This document shows, piece after piece, positions 9,701 to 18,935 of a stretch of 64,000 nucleotides of DNA. The notes beneath the pieces were generated by a model. The model was not told the DNA's origin, did no database searches, and saw nothing but the letters and a program-made list of their open reading frames with translations. How positions within the stretch are numbered: the first letter of the stretch is position 1; each line of letters begins with the position of its first letter. Location: assembly GCA_963668025.2 (NCBI GenBank), contig CAXXTH010000017.1:512001-576000 (forward strand). The letters run 5' to 3'. This stretch comes from Candidatus Hydrogenedentota bacterium (GTDB lineage Bacteria > Hydrogenedentota > Hydrogenedentia > Hydrogenedentales > SLHB01). The translations under genes and the position numbers were made by a program.

Positions 9701-10145
9701 CGCGCACCGTGGTGAAGCATTGGGATGGGCCTATCACTCGGCGAAGGATTCCCGCCGCCGCCAGCGTTTCGGCCGCCCGCGAAGCGAAGATGCCCGCCGA
9801 AACGCCCCACGAAACGTTTCCCCCGCTGTCGCCAGCAAATTGGCCCACGGCTGCCGCCAGCAGATACACCCCCCATTGCCGGGGAGGCGACAGCATCAGC
9901 GCCGCTAGGAGCACGGCGCTTGAGGGCCATATAGGAGCGCCGCCGCCGGGCTCGAGGGCCGCCCATGCGCCCAATCGCACGCCAAAGGCATAAGCTATGC
10001 CCACCGCTAGTCCTGCCGCACAAATCCAGCAAGCGGTGTTTATCGAAATGCTCGCGCCTTTTTTGTGCAATGGATTAAGGCTCCTATGGGCAGAGGCTGC
10101 CAGCGGAATGGCCATGCGCCAGCAAGCCAGATTATTCCCCCACAC
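6726..10145 (-). CDS. MASE1 + 3xPAS hybrid sensor histidine kinase/receiver
   Basis: MASE1-type TM region (PIWPSSAV, WFMGD, WAAIRFG), PAS repeats, H-box AGGIAHDFNNLL, FDPFFTTKFTGRGLGL, REC (LLVDDE, LLDLTMP); exact start uncertain. Confidence 0.9.
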   Translation of the reverse strand: MWGNNLACWRMAIPLAASAHRSLNPLHKKGASISINTACWICAAGLAVGIAYAFGVRLGAWAALEPGGGAPIWPSSAVLLAALMLSPPRQWGVYLLAAAVGQFAGDSGGNVSWGVSAGIFASRAAETLAAAGILRRVIGPSQCFTTVRETTWYILVAALAAPMLAAFPGAVAACNARAGYWEAWTAWFMGDSLAHLALTPCILAWMRLPVPRLKHPRYMEALILAASLALVGVLVFCKSDEDSSRYPSLLYAPLPMMLWAAIRFGPRGAATATAVLALITTREALSGQGFYMAADISQNMHALQIFLAISGASFLVLASMTEERAHAKDVLAESEARYRDLVQCTNSIILRWTADGRITFLNRFALEFFGYEEHEIIGRPLVGTIVPETESSGRDLKAHIGDIPCHPEQYANNENENIRRGGERVWVAWTNKPLFDQEGNVSEVFSVGNDITARKEAENTLSSVREELERNVLVRTAELSLANASLAHEIEERKRAEEAIAHERNLLRTIIDSIPCPIFAKDLQQRFVTANECLIQELGVEPQRLFGNREDDLPVRRRLAHPLVSDADVLRSGRNILDQPICVQTNGGNERWYLASRVALRENGGAITGLVGIDLEVTQAKRAEEALRESEEKLRLIIEHAPLAVAMLDREMNYLVTSQRWVQYFHSGADSIIGRCFHEVFGGFLPENWIEACARGLSGIPERSERSMYTRASGAADWLKWEIHPWRCVTGHIDGIILFVEVITDRVRAEEEQRRLEAQILNAQKLESLGVLAGGIAHDFNNLLMSILGNADLALLDLSPVSPARDNVRDIERAARRAAELCKQMLAYSGKGRFEVQVLHINELVEEMAHLLEVSISKKAVLKYYFADNLPPIEADPTQIRQIIMNLITNASDAVGDKSGVISVNTGAIECDETYLRETFLDEQLPPAFYVYFEVADSGCGMDAETRQRIFDPFFTTKFTGRGLGLAAVLGIVRGHRGAIKVYSEPGKGTTIKVLLPAADKPIDMSRREQANARTWRGNGVVLLVDDEESVRAVGKRMLERIGFEVLTASDGREALVLCQQRGPEISCVLLDLTMPHMDGEETFRELRHRQEGIPVILTSGYNEQEISDRFAGKGLAGFIQKPYQTAQLINKLREVLGE

Positions 10146-10473
10146 ATTCTCTTTATCTCAGAAGACGGTTTTTCGCCGTGCAAACTCCCCCGAGGCGCGC
10201 GAACGTTATAACATCATATACCATACCTGTTTGAATCGTATCCGCGCCACTTTTTGATAGGCTTGGAGTATTCCGCAACCTAATATCCGTTGAGTTATCA
10301 ATGGCGGCGGTTTTTAATTTAACCGTATTATAATGATGCGTTCCATGTGATATCATGGAACTCCCCCTGCACATGGCTGAATACAAGTTCCATTGGCTTG
10401 CCAAAGGAGCGAAGCTTTTATAAAAGCTATAATTGCAGCTTATTTTGAAAAAGAGTATAACGCAACGCTAAGC

Positions 10474-10502
10474 TTGCCCGCCAGTAAAAAAATTGCTAAG
10501 AT
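10474..10502 (+). promoter_or_regulatory. Putative sigma70 promoter of GT9 gene
   Basis: TTGCCC-N17-TAAGAT with extended -10 TG, 30 nt before the ATG. Confidence 0.5.
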
Positions 10503-10531
10503 GCTGTTTTTAAACAAGATAAGGTCTTTTG

Positions 10532-11590
10532 ATGAAACAAGGAAGCCCACGTATTCTCATTATTCGATTAAGCGCCATAGGCGATGTCGTGCGCGCGCTG
10601 CCCATACTGCATGTGTTGCGTGAGGCCCTTCCGAACGCGCGGATCGATTGGATTGTCGAACGCCGCTCGGCGGCGGTTGTTGAAGGCCACCCCTACCTGG
10701 ACACGTTGCATATTTTCGAACGCCAGAAACAATTCTGGCCATCTCTTCAGGCCTTCCGTGAACTGTGCCGCACGATTCGCGCGGAACAGTACGATATCGT
10801 TTTGGACGCCCATGGCATTCTTAAGAGCGGGGTGCTCATGGCGTGCTCAGGGGCCCGGCGGCGTATAGGATTCGCCCCGCCGCGCGCACAAGAACTGAGC
10901 TATCTCTTTAGCAACCGGCGCGTACGGCTGGGCAAGGCTCCCTTGAACCGGGTCGAAGAAAACCTTCAGTTATGCCACTGCGTCACGCCGCGGGTCACCT
11001 ACCCTTCCGTGACGATTTACGTGCCGACCGACGTACAGGAACATGTGGACCGGTTTTTCGATGAAACGTTTGATGGCGGCAAGTATGTGCTGGCGGTGCA
11101 TGCCCCGGTTGAACGTCCGGAAAAACAATGGCCGCTCGATTATTTTGCCGCGTTATGTGATTTGTTGCTAGCCGACGGCCGTTATGACGTGCTTCTTACT
11201 TGGGGGCCAGGGCAATTCGAGATCGCGGAACAGGTGATGCATGCTTGCCGCCGCAAGCCGGTCATGGCTCCGGAAACGCCCGATTTAAAGCATTACGCCT
11301 GGCTTATTCACCGGGCGAATCTGTATTTCGGAGGCGATACGGGGCCTATGCACATCGCTTCCGCCATGGGAACTCCCGTGGTGGCCGTATTCGGCGGTAC
11401 GGACCCCGTCCGACATGCGCCTTACCGTCCTCCGCGCAAAGTGCTCTATACGCAAGATGAGCCGGGCTGGCGGCGCATGCCCGCAAAAGAACGCTTGCGG
11501 CGCATTACCCCGGAAATGGCCTACGACGCCTGCGTCCGCTTGCTGGCCGAAACCCATTCGCCCGCATCGAGTGGCTCGAGCTTCGATTAA
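10532..11590 (+). CDS. Glycosyltransferase family 9 (LPS heptosyltransferase-like)
   Basis: RILIIRLSAIGDVV, KQWP, GGDTGPMHIASAMGTPVVAVFGGT motifs. Confidence 0.9.
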   Translation: MKQGSPRILIIRLSAIGDVVRALPILHVLREALPNARIDWIVERRSAAVVEGHPYLDTLHIFERQKQFWPSLQAFRELCRTIRAEQYDIVLDAHGILKSGVLMACSGARRRIGFAPPRAQELSYLFSNRRVRLGKAPLNRVEENLQLCHCVTPRVTYPSVTIYVPTDVQEHVDRFFDETFDGGKYVLAVHAPVERPEKQWPLDYFAALCDLLLADGRYDVLLTWGPGQFEIAEQVMHACRRKPVMAPETPDLKHYAWLIHRANLYFGGDTGPMHIASAMGTPVVAVFGGTDPVRHAPYRPPRKVLYTQDEPGWRRMPAKERLRRITPEMAYDACVRLLAETHSPASSGSSFD

Positions 11591-11820
11591 GCCTGCGCAA
11601 GTTGTTCGTCCGCCAAAAAAAAAGGATCCAGCGGCCATTGATGTGCAAGCTAAATCCGTTCTAGCGTTTCACTCCGTTTGTGTACACATGCGGCATACAA
11701 AAATGGCGTTTTGAGAAAGAGATTTAGACCACGGTGGAAAAATGGATTTGAATACCGCAAAATAGAAGTCAGGAATTGAGCAGCGCCTATTCGAAAGGAA
11801 GGAAGGAAGGCAGAATACTC

Positions 11821-12234
11821 ATGTGTGCCGAAAACGAATCGTCCTACCACGGCTCGGAAGGCTCCACCCAATGGGATGCCCTGCCTATTCTGGATATAAA
11901 CCGGTTGCTTGTCGCTTCGCAAGGCGATACGAGCCTTATTGAGATGATCATAGACTTGTTTCTGGACAAAGCGCCTGAGCAGATCACCGCATTACAGAAC
12001 TTTCTTCATGCCGAACAGATCAACCACGCGGCATTGTCGGCGCATACGCTTAAAGGTTCAGCGGCTGAAGTGGGCGGAAGCCGCTTGCGGGGATTGGCGG
12101 AGTCCATCGAATATGCGGCCAGGGACGGGAAAATGCCTTTACAACTCGATTGCGAGGAGCTCTTGCAGCACGAATTTTTAGCCCTGTGTGAAGCATTACG
12201 CACAACGGATTGGAGCGCAGCAGAAGACGAATAG
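11821..12234 (+). CDS. Hpt (histidine phosphotransfer) domain protein
   Basis: LIEMIIDLFL...SAHTLKGSAAEVGG..L..LAESIE motif. Confidence 0.88.
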   Translation: MCAENESSYHGSEGSTQWDALPILDINRLLVASQGDTSLIEMIIDLFLDKAPEQITALQNFLHAEQINHAALSAHTLKGSAAEVGGSRLRGLAESIEYAARDGKMPLQLDCEELLQHEFLALCEALRTTDWSAAEDE

Positions 12235-12331
12235 GCTTCATCTTACTCTTGCCGCTTGCATAAAACCTCGACAATAGGTTTCCCTAATCGCTTAACATGG
12301 AATGCGCAGGCTCACCTTCTTGGGGAAGCCA

Positions 12332-12459
12332 AGTCATTTTCAACGCGTGGAGAACGCAAAGCATCGCAGAGAATCCACTCTTCTCTATTCTCGAATGTGC
12401 GAATAAATTGTTCGAGAGTAATCTTTTCTACTTTGCAGATCTCCGCGTTGAAAATGACT
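12332..12459. repeat. 128-bp inverted-repeat element (module D arms)
   Basis: Perfect 16-bp IR AGTCATTTTCAACGCG (12332-12347 / 12444-12459) extending imperfectly inward, plus inner TATTCTCGAA/TTCGAGAGTA stem; lies between convergent genes. Confidence 0.8.
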
Positions 12460-12559
12460 GTCTATATCGAGTAGTAAAAATATCAAGTATTATAAAACAA
12501 TCTTATCCGGCGATTTTTGAAGTTTCTCTATATCGAGCCCTTGCCAGCCTGATGAATGT

Positions 12560-12940
12560 TCATGTATCGGAGTATTGCTCAGGCCGAAGCCCGATGTTGA
12601 CAATACTGCACGCGTGTATCGCCTCAAGGCCCTTCGCCTGGGCGGCGGCAAGCACTTCATCGTCCGCTGCGCCTGGATTAAAAAAAACTTCTTTCGGGTG
12701 TTTGGCGGCAATGGCGCCAAGAAGTGTCATTCCCACGCGGGGGGGCACGTATAGCGAAACCCGGTCAAGCGGTTCGGGCACATCCGAGATGGACGCATAA
12801 CAGGGAATGCCCTCGATGGCGGTCTCCTTAGGATTCACGGGATATACCGTCCAGCCGCCGTCACGAAATGCGCGGACAGCTTTGTTCCCATATTTGCTTC
12901 GATCCGCTGAAGCGCCGATAATCGCAATGGACTGGCCCAT
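12560..12940 (-). CDS. CoA-binding domain protein (YccU-like)
   Basis: IAIIGASADRSKYGNKAV, VYPVNP, FFNPG motifs; AGGAGG RBS before ATG at 12940. Confidence 0.9.
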   Translation of the reverse strand: MGQSIAIIGASADRSKYGNKAVRAFRDGGWTVYPVNPKETAIEGIPCYASISDVPEPLDRVSLYVPPRVGMTLLGAIAAKHPKEVFFNPGAADDEVLAAAQAKGLEAIHACSIVNIGLRPEQYSDT

Positions 12941-12954
12941 GGCGGCCTCCTTTC

Positions 12955-14178
12955 TCATGTGTTGTAATGGGAATTGACATATTCGTCGATAATCCGGCAA
13001 AACTCCGTGGCGAGATGTTCTGGTTCGCCCTCAAGTGACAAGCGTTTCTCGCCGTCGATGAAGACCGGGCATCGCGGGGCTTCGCCCGCACCCGGCAGGC
13101 TGATGCCGATATTCGCGGACTTGGATTCGCCGGGGCCGTTCACCACGCACCCCATGACGGCCAGCTTTAACGTCTCAACGCCTTTACGCGATTTGCGCCA
13201 TTGGGGCATCTGGAGGCGGATATGGGCCTGCACCCGTTCCGCAAGCTGCTGGAACGTGGCGCTCGTCGTGCGGCCGCAACCAGGGCAGGAAGTAATACTG
13301 GGGGCGAATTGCCGTAACCCGAGCGATTGCAACACTTCGCAGGCGGCATACACCTCCTCGCGCCGGTCGCCTCCCGGGCGTGGAGTGATCGACACCCGGA
13401 TAGTGTCGCCTATGCCTTCCGCGAGCAGAATGGCTAAGGCGGTCGAAGACCACACAAGGCCTTTCATACCCATGCCGGCTTCCGTAAGCCCTAGATGAAG
13501 GGGCTGATTTGTACGCGCGGACAGCTCGCGGTAAATCTGCACCAAGTGCAGCGGGGTGGAGGTCTTGCACGAAATAATGATCTGGTCTGGCCGCATGCCG
13601 CTTTCGAGAGCCCGCTCCGTCGATTCAAGCGCGGAAAGCACCATGCACTCGCTCAGCACCTCCTCCGAGGTCCGGCCAAGGGCGTTTTTCGTGTTTTCCT
13701 CCATCTTGCGCGCCACGAGTTCTTGGTTCAGCGAGCCCGCGTTCACTCCAATACGGACCGGCTTGCCATGCTCAGCGGCGATGCGGCAGATGGCGCTAAA
13801 GCGTTCGTCTCGCGATTTGCCATGGCCGACGTTGCCAGGATTAATACGATACTTGGATAACGCCTGGGCGCACTCGGGATGCTCCGCCAGGAGTTTATGT
13901 CCGTTATAATGGAAATCGCCGATGATGGGCACGGAACAGCCTGCGTCCCGCACGCGGGCATGAATCGCCCCTACCGCCGCCGCCGCTTCAGCCGTGTTCA
14001 CGGTGATGCGGACCAACTCCGACCCCGCATCCGCCAGCGCCACAATCTGTTCCGCCGTGGCCGCCGCGTCGGCGGTTTCGGTATTGGTCATGCATTGGAC
14101 CACCACCGGAGCGCCGCCGCCCACGGCGACACTGTCTATCATTACGCGTATAGTTTCACGCCGGTTCGCAAGTATCAT
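12955..14178 (-). CDS. ispG: 4-hydroxy-3-methylbut-2-en-1-yl diphosphate synthase
   Basis: VVQCMTNT, GDFHYNGH, RINPGN, HLGLTEAG, GIGDTIRVS, SCPGCGRT, AVMGCVVNGPGE; AGGAG RBS before ATG 14178. Confidence 0.96.
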   Translation of the reverse strand: MILANRRETIRVMIDSVAVGGGAPVVVQCMTNTETADAAATAEQIVALADAGSELVRITVNTAEAAAAVGAIHARVRDAGCSVPIIGDFHYNGHKLLAEHPECAQALSKYRINPGNVGHGKSRDERFSAICRIAAEHGKPVRIGVNAGSLNQELVARKMEENTKNALGRTSEEVLSECMVLSALESTERALESGMRPDQIIISCKTSTPLHLVQIYRELSARTNQPLHLGLTEAGMGMKGLVWSSTALAILLAEGIGDTIRVSITPRPGGDRREEVYAACEVLQSLGLRQFAPSITSCPGCGRTTSATFQQLAERVQAHIRLQMPQWRKSRKGVETLKLAVMGCVVNGPGESKSANIGISLPGAGEAPRCPVFIDGEKRLSLEGEPEHLATEFCRIIDEYVNSHYNT

Positions 14179-14342
14179 TTTCTTTAGCAACTCCTGCTTT
14201 TTCGTAACAATGAACGCTCGATAAATCCTACCCTGAGAGATGCAAGCGAGGCAATCAATGCCTATTTCTTGACATGTTCCCCTCTGTATAAGGCATGATA
14301 CCATTTTACTGGGAAGTTCTCCGAGAAAGGCAACCGCACCGC

Positions 14343-15776
14343 ATGGCATCTCTTGAAAAACCGTTACGCGTGCTGCTCGTTACACCATTGAGCAGCAATT
14401 CGACGCTATGTATTGCGGATCTCGGGCTTGGTTTTTTGGCTACCGCCGCACGGGATGCCGGCGCGGTCGTGGATATGCTGGATTGTACGCGCGACGGGCT
14501 GGACATGGCGGGATTCGAAGCGCGGGTGCGGGAATTTAACCCGGATGTGCTCGGTATAAAAGCATTCTCCATTAATGTGAGTTCCGTCAATGCCATGTCT
14601 CAAACCGTCCGGCGCATTTTGCCGGATGTCCAGATAATTGTAGGCGGCCCTCATCCTTCGGCCAGTCCAGATACGGTGCTTGATGAGCTTCCGCAAGTGG
14701 ATTTCGCCTTTCGAGGAGAAGGGGAACGGGCGTTTGTACAGTGGCTGTCGTGTGTCGCGGACAACCGTTTAGAGCCAGACGACTTGAAAGATATTCCTGG
14801 CCTCATTTATCGCCTCCAGGATTCATCCGCCGCCAACGAACCGGACATCGATGTGGATATTTCCAAAATTGGGATGCCCGCATGGGATTTACTCCAGCCT
14901 GAAAAATACATGCGATTCGAGCCTATGTGGTCATTCCCAAAGACTCAAGGCCCCGCCGCGCCGATCAATCTAGTTCGAGGATGCCCGTTCAAATGCCGCT
15001 ATTGCGCCATGCATATCATCACGCACCATAATGTGCGCATGCGCAACATCGATTCCGTTATTCAGGAATTATTGCTTCTGCGTGACCGGCATGACGTGAC
15101 CGAATTTCATATCGTGGATGATTTTTTCACGCAAAAACGCGACTATGCCTTGGCGTTTTGCCGTGCGCTAAAACAAGCCCGCGTGAATCTGCCGTGGTGT
15201 ATGCCCATAGGCGCGAGAATAGATTCATTTGACGCGGAATTGCTCCATGCGCTCGAGGATGCGGGCTGTTATGGAGTGGCCTTGGGACTCGAGTCTGGTT
15301 CTGATCGGGTGTTGGACTTCATGCGCAAGCGGCTCACCGCCGAAGAAATCGAGACTTCCATGGCCCTGCTGCGCCGGGAAACCTCTTGGTGGGTCCATGG
15401 CTTTTTTTTGATGGGCATTCCCACGGAAACCCGCGAAGAAATGATACAGACCATTGAATTCGCACGAAAACTGCCGCTGCACTCCGCGACGTTTTCAACA
15501 TTCCGGCTATATAAAGGCACCTGGTTTTATAACTATGTCATGGAGCATGAAGCCCATTTGATTGATCCGGTGTATGGCATTGAGAAAGGCTATGCCCCGG
15601 AAGGAATGACAGTCCGAGACATGCAGCGTATGCGCCTTTATGCATACTGGCGGTTTTTCTCCACACCGGGGCGTATTTTTAAAGCATTATCTTGTATACA
15701 TTCGTGGCGTTCATTATGTTTTACTTGTACAAAGATCCGCCAGCGCATGCTCCCAGCCAAAGAGCTTACTTTTTGA
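14343..15776 (+). CDS. B12-binding domain radical SAM protein
   Basis: LGLGFLA, IIVGGPHPS, RGEGE, RGCPFKCRYC, GLESGS motifs. Confidence 0.9.
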   Translation: MASLEKPLRVLLVTPLSSNSTLCIADLGLGFLATAARDAGAVVDMLDCTRDGLDMAGFEARVREFNPDVLGIKAFSINVSSVNAMSQTVRRILPDVQIIVGGPHPSASPDTVLDELPQVDFAFRGEGERAFVQWLSCVADNRLEPDDLKDIPGLIYRLQDSSAANEPDIDVDISKIGMPAWDLLQPEKYMRFEPMWSFPKTQGPAAPINLVRGCPFKCRYCAMHIITHHNVRMRNIDSVIQELLLLRDRHDVTEFHIVDDFFTQKRDYALAFCRALKQARVNLPWCMPIGARIDSFDAELLHALEDAGCYGVALGLESGSDRVLDFMRKRLTAEEIETSMALLRRETSWWVHGFFLMGIPTETREEMIQTIEFARKLPLHSATFSTFRLYKGTWFYNYVMEHEAHLIDPVYGIEKGYAPEGMTVRDMQRMRLYAYWRFFSTPGRIFKALSCIHSWRSLCFTCTKIRQRMLPAKELTF

Positions 15777-16014
15777 CATGCCGCTCGATCGTTAGGAAAT
15801 AGGTGTGTGTGCAGTTGTCGGCAATCGCCAGGCCCATTGAACCTCAGATGAGCCGATACGCCTGAAATCGGGTGTTTAACATGGGCTTGGGGATAGTTTT
15901 GGAGTTTGGTTGCAGCCCACGGGGAAAGCCTTTTATGATATGCCCCTTATGGCGGCATGAAATTTGCTCTCTACCCATATGGTAAAGGAACATCAGCAAT
16001 AGGAGTTCAAGGAT

Positions 16015-17004
16015 ATGGCGGTGGATGTGAAACAAATTGGCGAACGGGTTGAACGCGAAAGCGGGCTCATCGGGCGGGTCCGTGAGGAAGTGCGTAAAGT
16101 CATCATCGGCCAGGAATACCTGATCGACCGTTTGCTATTGGCGTTATTATGCAACAACCATGTGCTGATCGAGGGCGTTCCCGGCTTGGCCAAGACCTTG
16201 AGCGTCACCACGCTCGCCCGGGCCGTGCAATGCACGTTCCACCGTATCCAATTCACGCCCGACCTGCTCCCCGCCGATGTCATCGGGACGCTGATTTATG
16301 ACCCAAAGAACGGCGGTTTTGTTGTGAAGAAAGGCCCCGTGTTTGCCCAGATCATCCTGGCCGACGAAATCAACCGCGCCCCCGCTAAAGTGCAAAGCGC
16401 GCTGCTCGAGGCCATGCAGGAACGCCAAGTCACCATCGGCGATGAAACGCATCCCCTGCAAGAGCCTTTCTTGGTGCTCGCCACTCAAAATCCCATCGAG
16501 CAAGAAGGCACATATCCCCTGCCGGAAGCGCAGGTCGACCGTTTTATGCTCAAACTAAAGGTGACATATCCCTCGAAGGAGGAGGAACACCGCATTTTGA
16601 AGCGCATGGCGCGCTCGAAAATGGATGTTTCCGTATCGCCTGTAATCGAGCCAGGCGATATTTTGCGGCTGCGCGAGCTGGCCGACGAGATTTACATGGA
16701 TGACAAGATCGAGGAGTACATCGTGAATCTCGTCGAGTGTACGCGCAATACCAGCGCATACCAGCTCAACATCGGCAATTTGATCCGGTATGGGGCTTCA
16801 CCGCGCGCCACCATTTATCTTGCCATGGCTTCCCGCGCCCATGCCTTGCTGCAAGGCCGGGGGTATGTGACGCCTCAAGATGTGAAATCCATCGCCATGG
16901 ATGTGCTGCGCCATCGTGTCATCCTCAGCTACGAAGCCGAGGCTGAAGAGAAAACGCCGGAAGACCTCGTCAAGCAAATCCTCGATCGGGTGGAGGTGCC
17001 ATGA
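16015..17004 (+). CDS. moxR: MoxR-family AAA+ ATPase
   Basis: GVPGLAKT, RIQFTPDLLPAD, LADEINRAPAKVQSALLEAMQERQVT, ATQNPIEQEGTYPLPEAQVDRF. Confidence 0.95.
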   Translation: MAVDVKQIGERVERESGLIGRVREEVRKVIIGQEYLIDRLLLALLCNNHVLIEGVPGLAKTLSVTTLARAVQCTFHRIQFTPDLLPADVIGTLIYDPKNGGFVVKKGPVFAQIILADEINRAPAKVQSALLEAMQERQVTIGDETHPLQEPFLVLATQNPIEQEGTYPLPEAQVDRFMLKLKVTYPSKEEEHRILKRMARSKMDVSVSPVIEPGDILRLRELADEIYMDDKIEEYIVNLVECTRNTSAYQLNIGNLIRYGASPRATIYLAMASRAHALLQGRGYVTPQDVKSIAMDVLRHRVILSYEAEAEEKTPEDLVKQILDRVEVP

Positions 17005-17876
17005 CGCCCGAGGAGCTGGCAAAAAAAGTCCGCTTCATCCAAATCCACTCGAAGAAGACGGTAAACGATGTCCTTTCTGGCGAATACCATAGCGTCTTCA
17101 AAGGGCAGGGCATGGAATTCGAGGAGGTGCGGGAATACCTTCCGGGCGATGAAGTGCGCAGCATCGATTGGAATGTCACGGCCCGCATGGGCAAGCCCTT
17201 TGTGAAACGCTTCCGCGAGGAGCGCGAGCTGACCATTCTGTTTCTGGTGGATTTGTCCGCCTCGGGCGCATTCGGCTCCGCCAGCCAAATGAAGAATGAA
17301 ATCGCCACCGAGTTATGCGCTCTTATCGCGTTTTCTGCCGTCAAAAACAACGACAAAGTAGGGCTCATCCTCTTTACGGACCAAGTCGAGCTGTTTATCC
17401 CACCCGCCAAGGGCGTGGCCCATGTGCTGCGGCTTATTCGAGAGTTGCTGGCTTTTACGCCCCGCCACAAACGCACCAATATCACCGCTGGGCTCGATTA
17501 CTTGGGCCGTGTCACCACTAAGCGCTGCATCGTATTTCTCGTATCGGATTTCTGGGGTGAAGGCTTCGAGCGCTCCATGCGCATCGCCAGCAAGCGCCAC
17601 GACCTGGTGTCTGTGGCGGTGTCGGACCCGCGTGAAACCTGTATGCCCGATGTGGGCCTCGTGGAGCTTGAAGACGCGGAGACGGGCGAGGCGTACCTGC
17701 TCGATACCAGCAGCGCCGCCGTACGCAAACGCTATGAGCAGCTCGGCGTGGAACGCGTTGCCCGGTTGCGGAACCTGTTCGCCTCCATGGATGTGGACCA
17801 TGTCGCGGTAAGCACGGATAAAGATTACACCCGCGAACTGGTGCGCTTCTTCCGCCAGCGGGAGCGGAGGCGGTAG
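17001..17876 (+). CDS. DUF58 (VWA-like) MoxR-associated protein
   Basis: GEYHSVFKGQGMEFEEVREY.PGDEVRSIDWNVTAR, EEREL motifs; ATGA overlap with moxR. Confidence 0.93.
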   Translation: MTPEELAKKVRFIQIHSKKTVNDVLSGEYHSVFKGQGMEFEEVREYLPGDEVRSIDWNVTARMGKPFVKRFREERELTILFLVDLSASGAFGSASQMKNEIATELCALIAFSAVKNNDKVGLILFTDQVELFIPPAKGVAHVLRLIRELLAFTPRHKRTNITAGLDYLGRVTTKRCIVFLVSDFWGEGFERSMRIASKRHDLVSVAVSDPRETCMPDVGLVELEDAETGEAYLLDTSSAAVRKRYEQLGVERVARLRNLFASMDVDHVAVSTDKDYTRELVRFFRQRERRR

Positions 17877-18932
17877 ATGGGCTCCATGATGCCAAACAGA
17901 AGTATGAAAACACGCATCCGCCTCGGCGGCGCATGCATGGCCGCATGGGCCATGCTGCTTCTTTCGGGCTGCCACCAACCGCCCCAGGAAACCGCCCCAG
18001 CATTCGCATATGAGAAAGAGTTCCCGCGTGACGCCATCACGGTGGCGGAACGCATTAATCTCGACCACATCACCACCGCACAAGCGTTCGAGCTCACGCT
18101 GGCGGCCCGCCACACGGAAGCCATCGAGTGCGCCTTTCCGCTGTTGAAAGACGGTGAGAAATTGGGCGAATTCGCCGTGCAATCTTCCCGGCAGTCTGAA
18201 CCGGCGTTGAATCCGGATGGCCAAATCGCCGTCACGAAAACGTATGTCCTTGAACCGTTCTTGCCCGGCGAATACGAACTCCCTTCGATGTCCATCGAGT
18301 ACTGGGACAAGACCCAGCCGGACGCCGCACACCAAACCGTGCAGACGGACGCCGTGAAAATCACCGTGGCGTCCGTGCTCGCCCCGGGCCAAGAAGCATC
18401 GGAGATCAAAGAGATCACGCCGCCCATGGAATTGCCGCCTTCCGTGTGGCGCTGGCTGGCCCCTCTTCTCGCTGCCTTGGCGCTGCTGGCGTTGGGAGCC
18501 GGATATTGGGCATGGCGCGGGCGGAAGCGTGCAACGGCGGCCATCGCCGCTGAACCGCCGCATATTACGGCCTTGCGCCGCCTCGACGCCCTCCGCGCGG
18601 AACGGCTCCTCGAACAAGGCGAGTACAAGCTGTTCTATTTCCAGGTATCCAATATTATACGCCATTATCTCGAAGATGGTTTTGGCATGCGCGCCCCCGA
18701 ACGGACCACCGAGGAATTCCTGGCGGAACTCGACGCCAGCCGGACGCTGGCCGCCAGCCATCAGATGTTGCTGCGCAGTTTTCTTAAGCATTGCGACCTC
18801 GTGAAATTCGCCGAACACCATCCCTCCGAGACAGAAGCGGAAGAGGTGTTTACGACATGCAGGCGCTTTGTCGAGGAAATGCACGCCGCGCAGGCGCAAG
18901 CCGCGTCCGAAGCCTCGGCGGGGAGGAGTTAG
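17877..18932 (+). CDS. Bat-cluster membrane lipoprotein (BatD-like/DUF4381-like)
   Basis: Lipobox LLSGC, single TM, C-terminal RHYLE..FG...E.TTEEF...CDLVKFA; cluster position. Confidence 0.75.
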   Translation: MGSMMPNRSMKTRIRLGGACMAAWAMLLLSGCHQPPQETAPAFAYEKEFPRDAITVAERINLDHITTAQAFELTLAARHTEAIECAFPLLKDGEKLGEFAVQSSRQSEPALNPDGQIAVTKTYVLEPFLPGEYELPSMSIEYWDKTQPDAAHQTVQTDAVKITVASVLAPGQEASEIKEITPPMELPPSVWRWLAPLLAALALLALGAGYWAWRGRKRATAAIAAEPPHITALRRLDALRAERLLEQGEYKLFYFQVSNIIRHYLEDGFGMRAPERTTEEFLAELDASRTLAASHQMLLRSFLKHCDLVKFAEHHPSETEAEEVFTTCRRFVEEMHAAQAQAASEASAGRS

Positions 18933-18935
18933 CGC

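Noticed and set aside
14269-14304. TTGACA upstream of the radical SAM gene as a promoter
   Set aside because: No convincing -10 box at 16-18 nt spacing.
17313-18899. 528 aa minus-strand ORF
   Set aside because: Antisense to two well-supported bat-cluster genes; typical high-GC shadow ORF.
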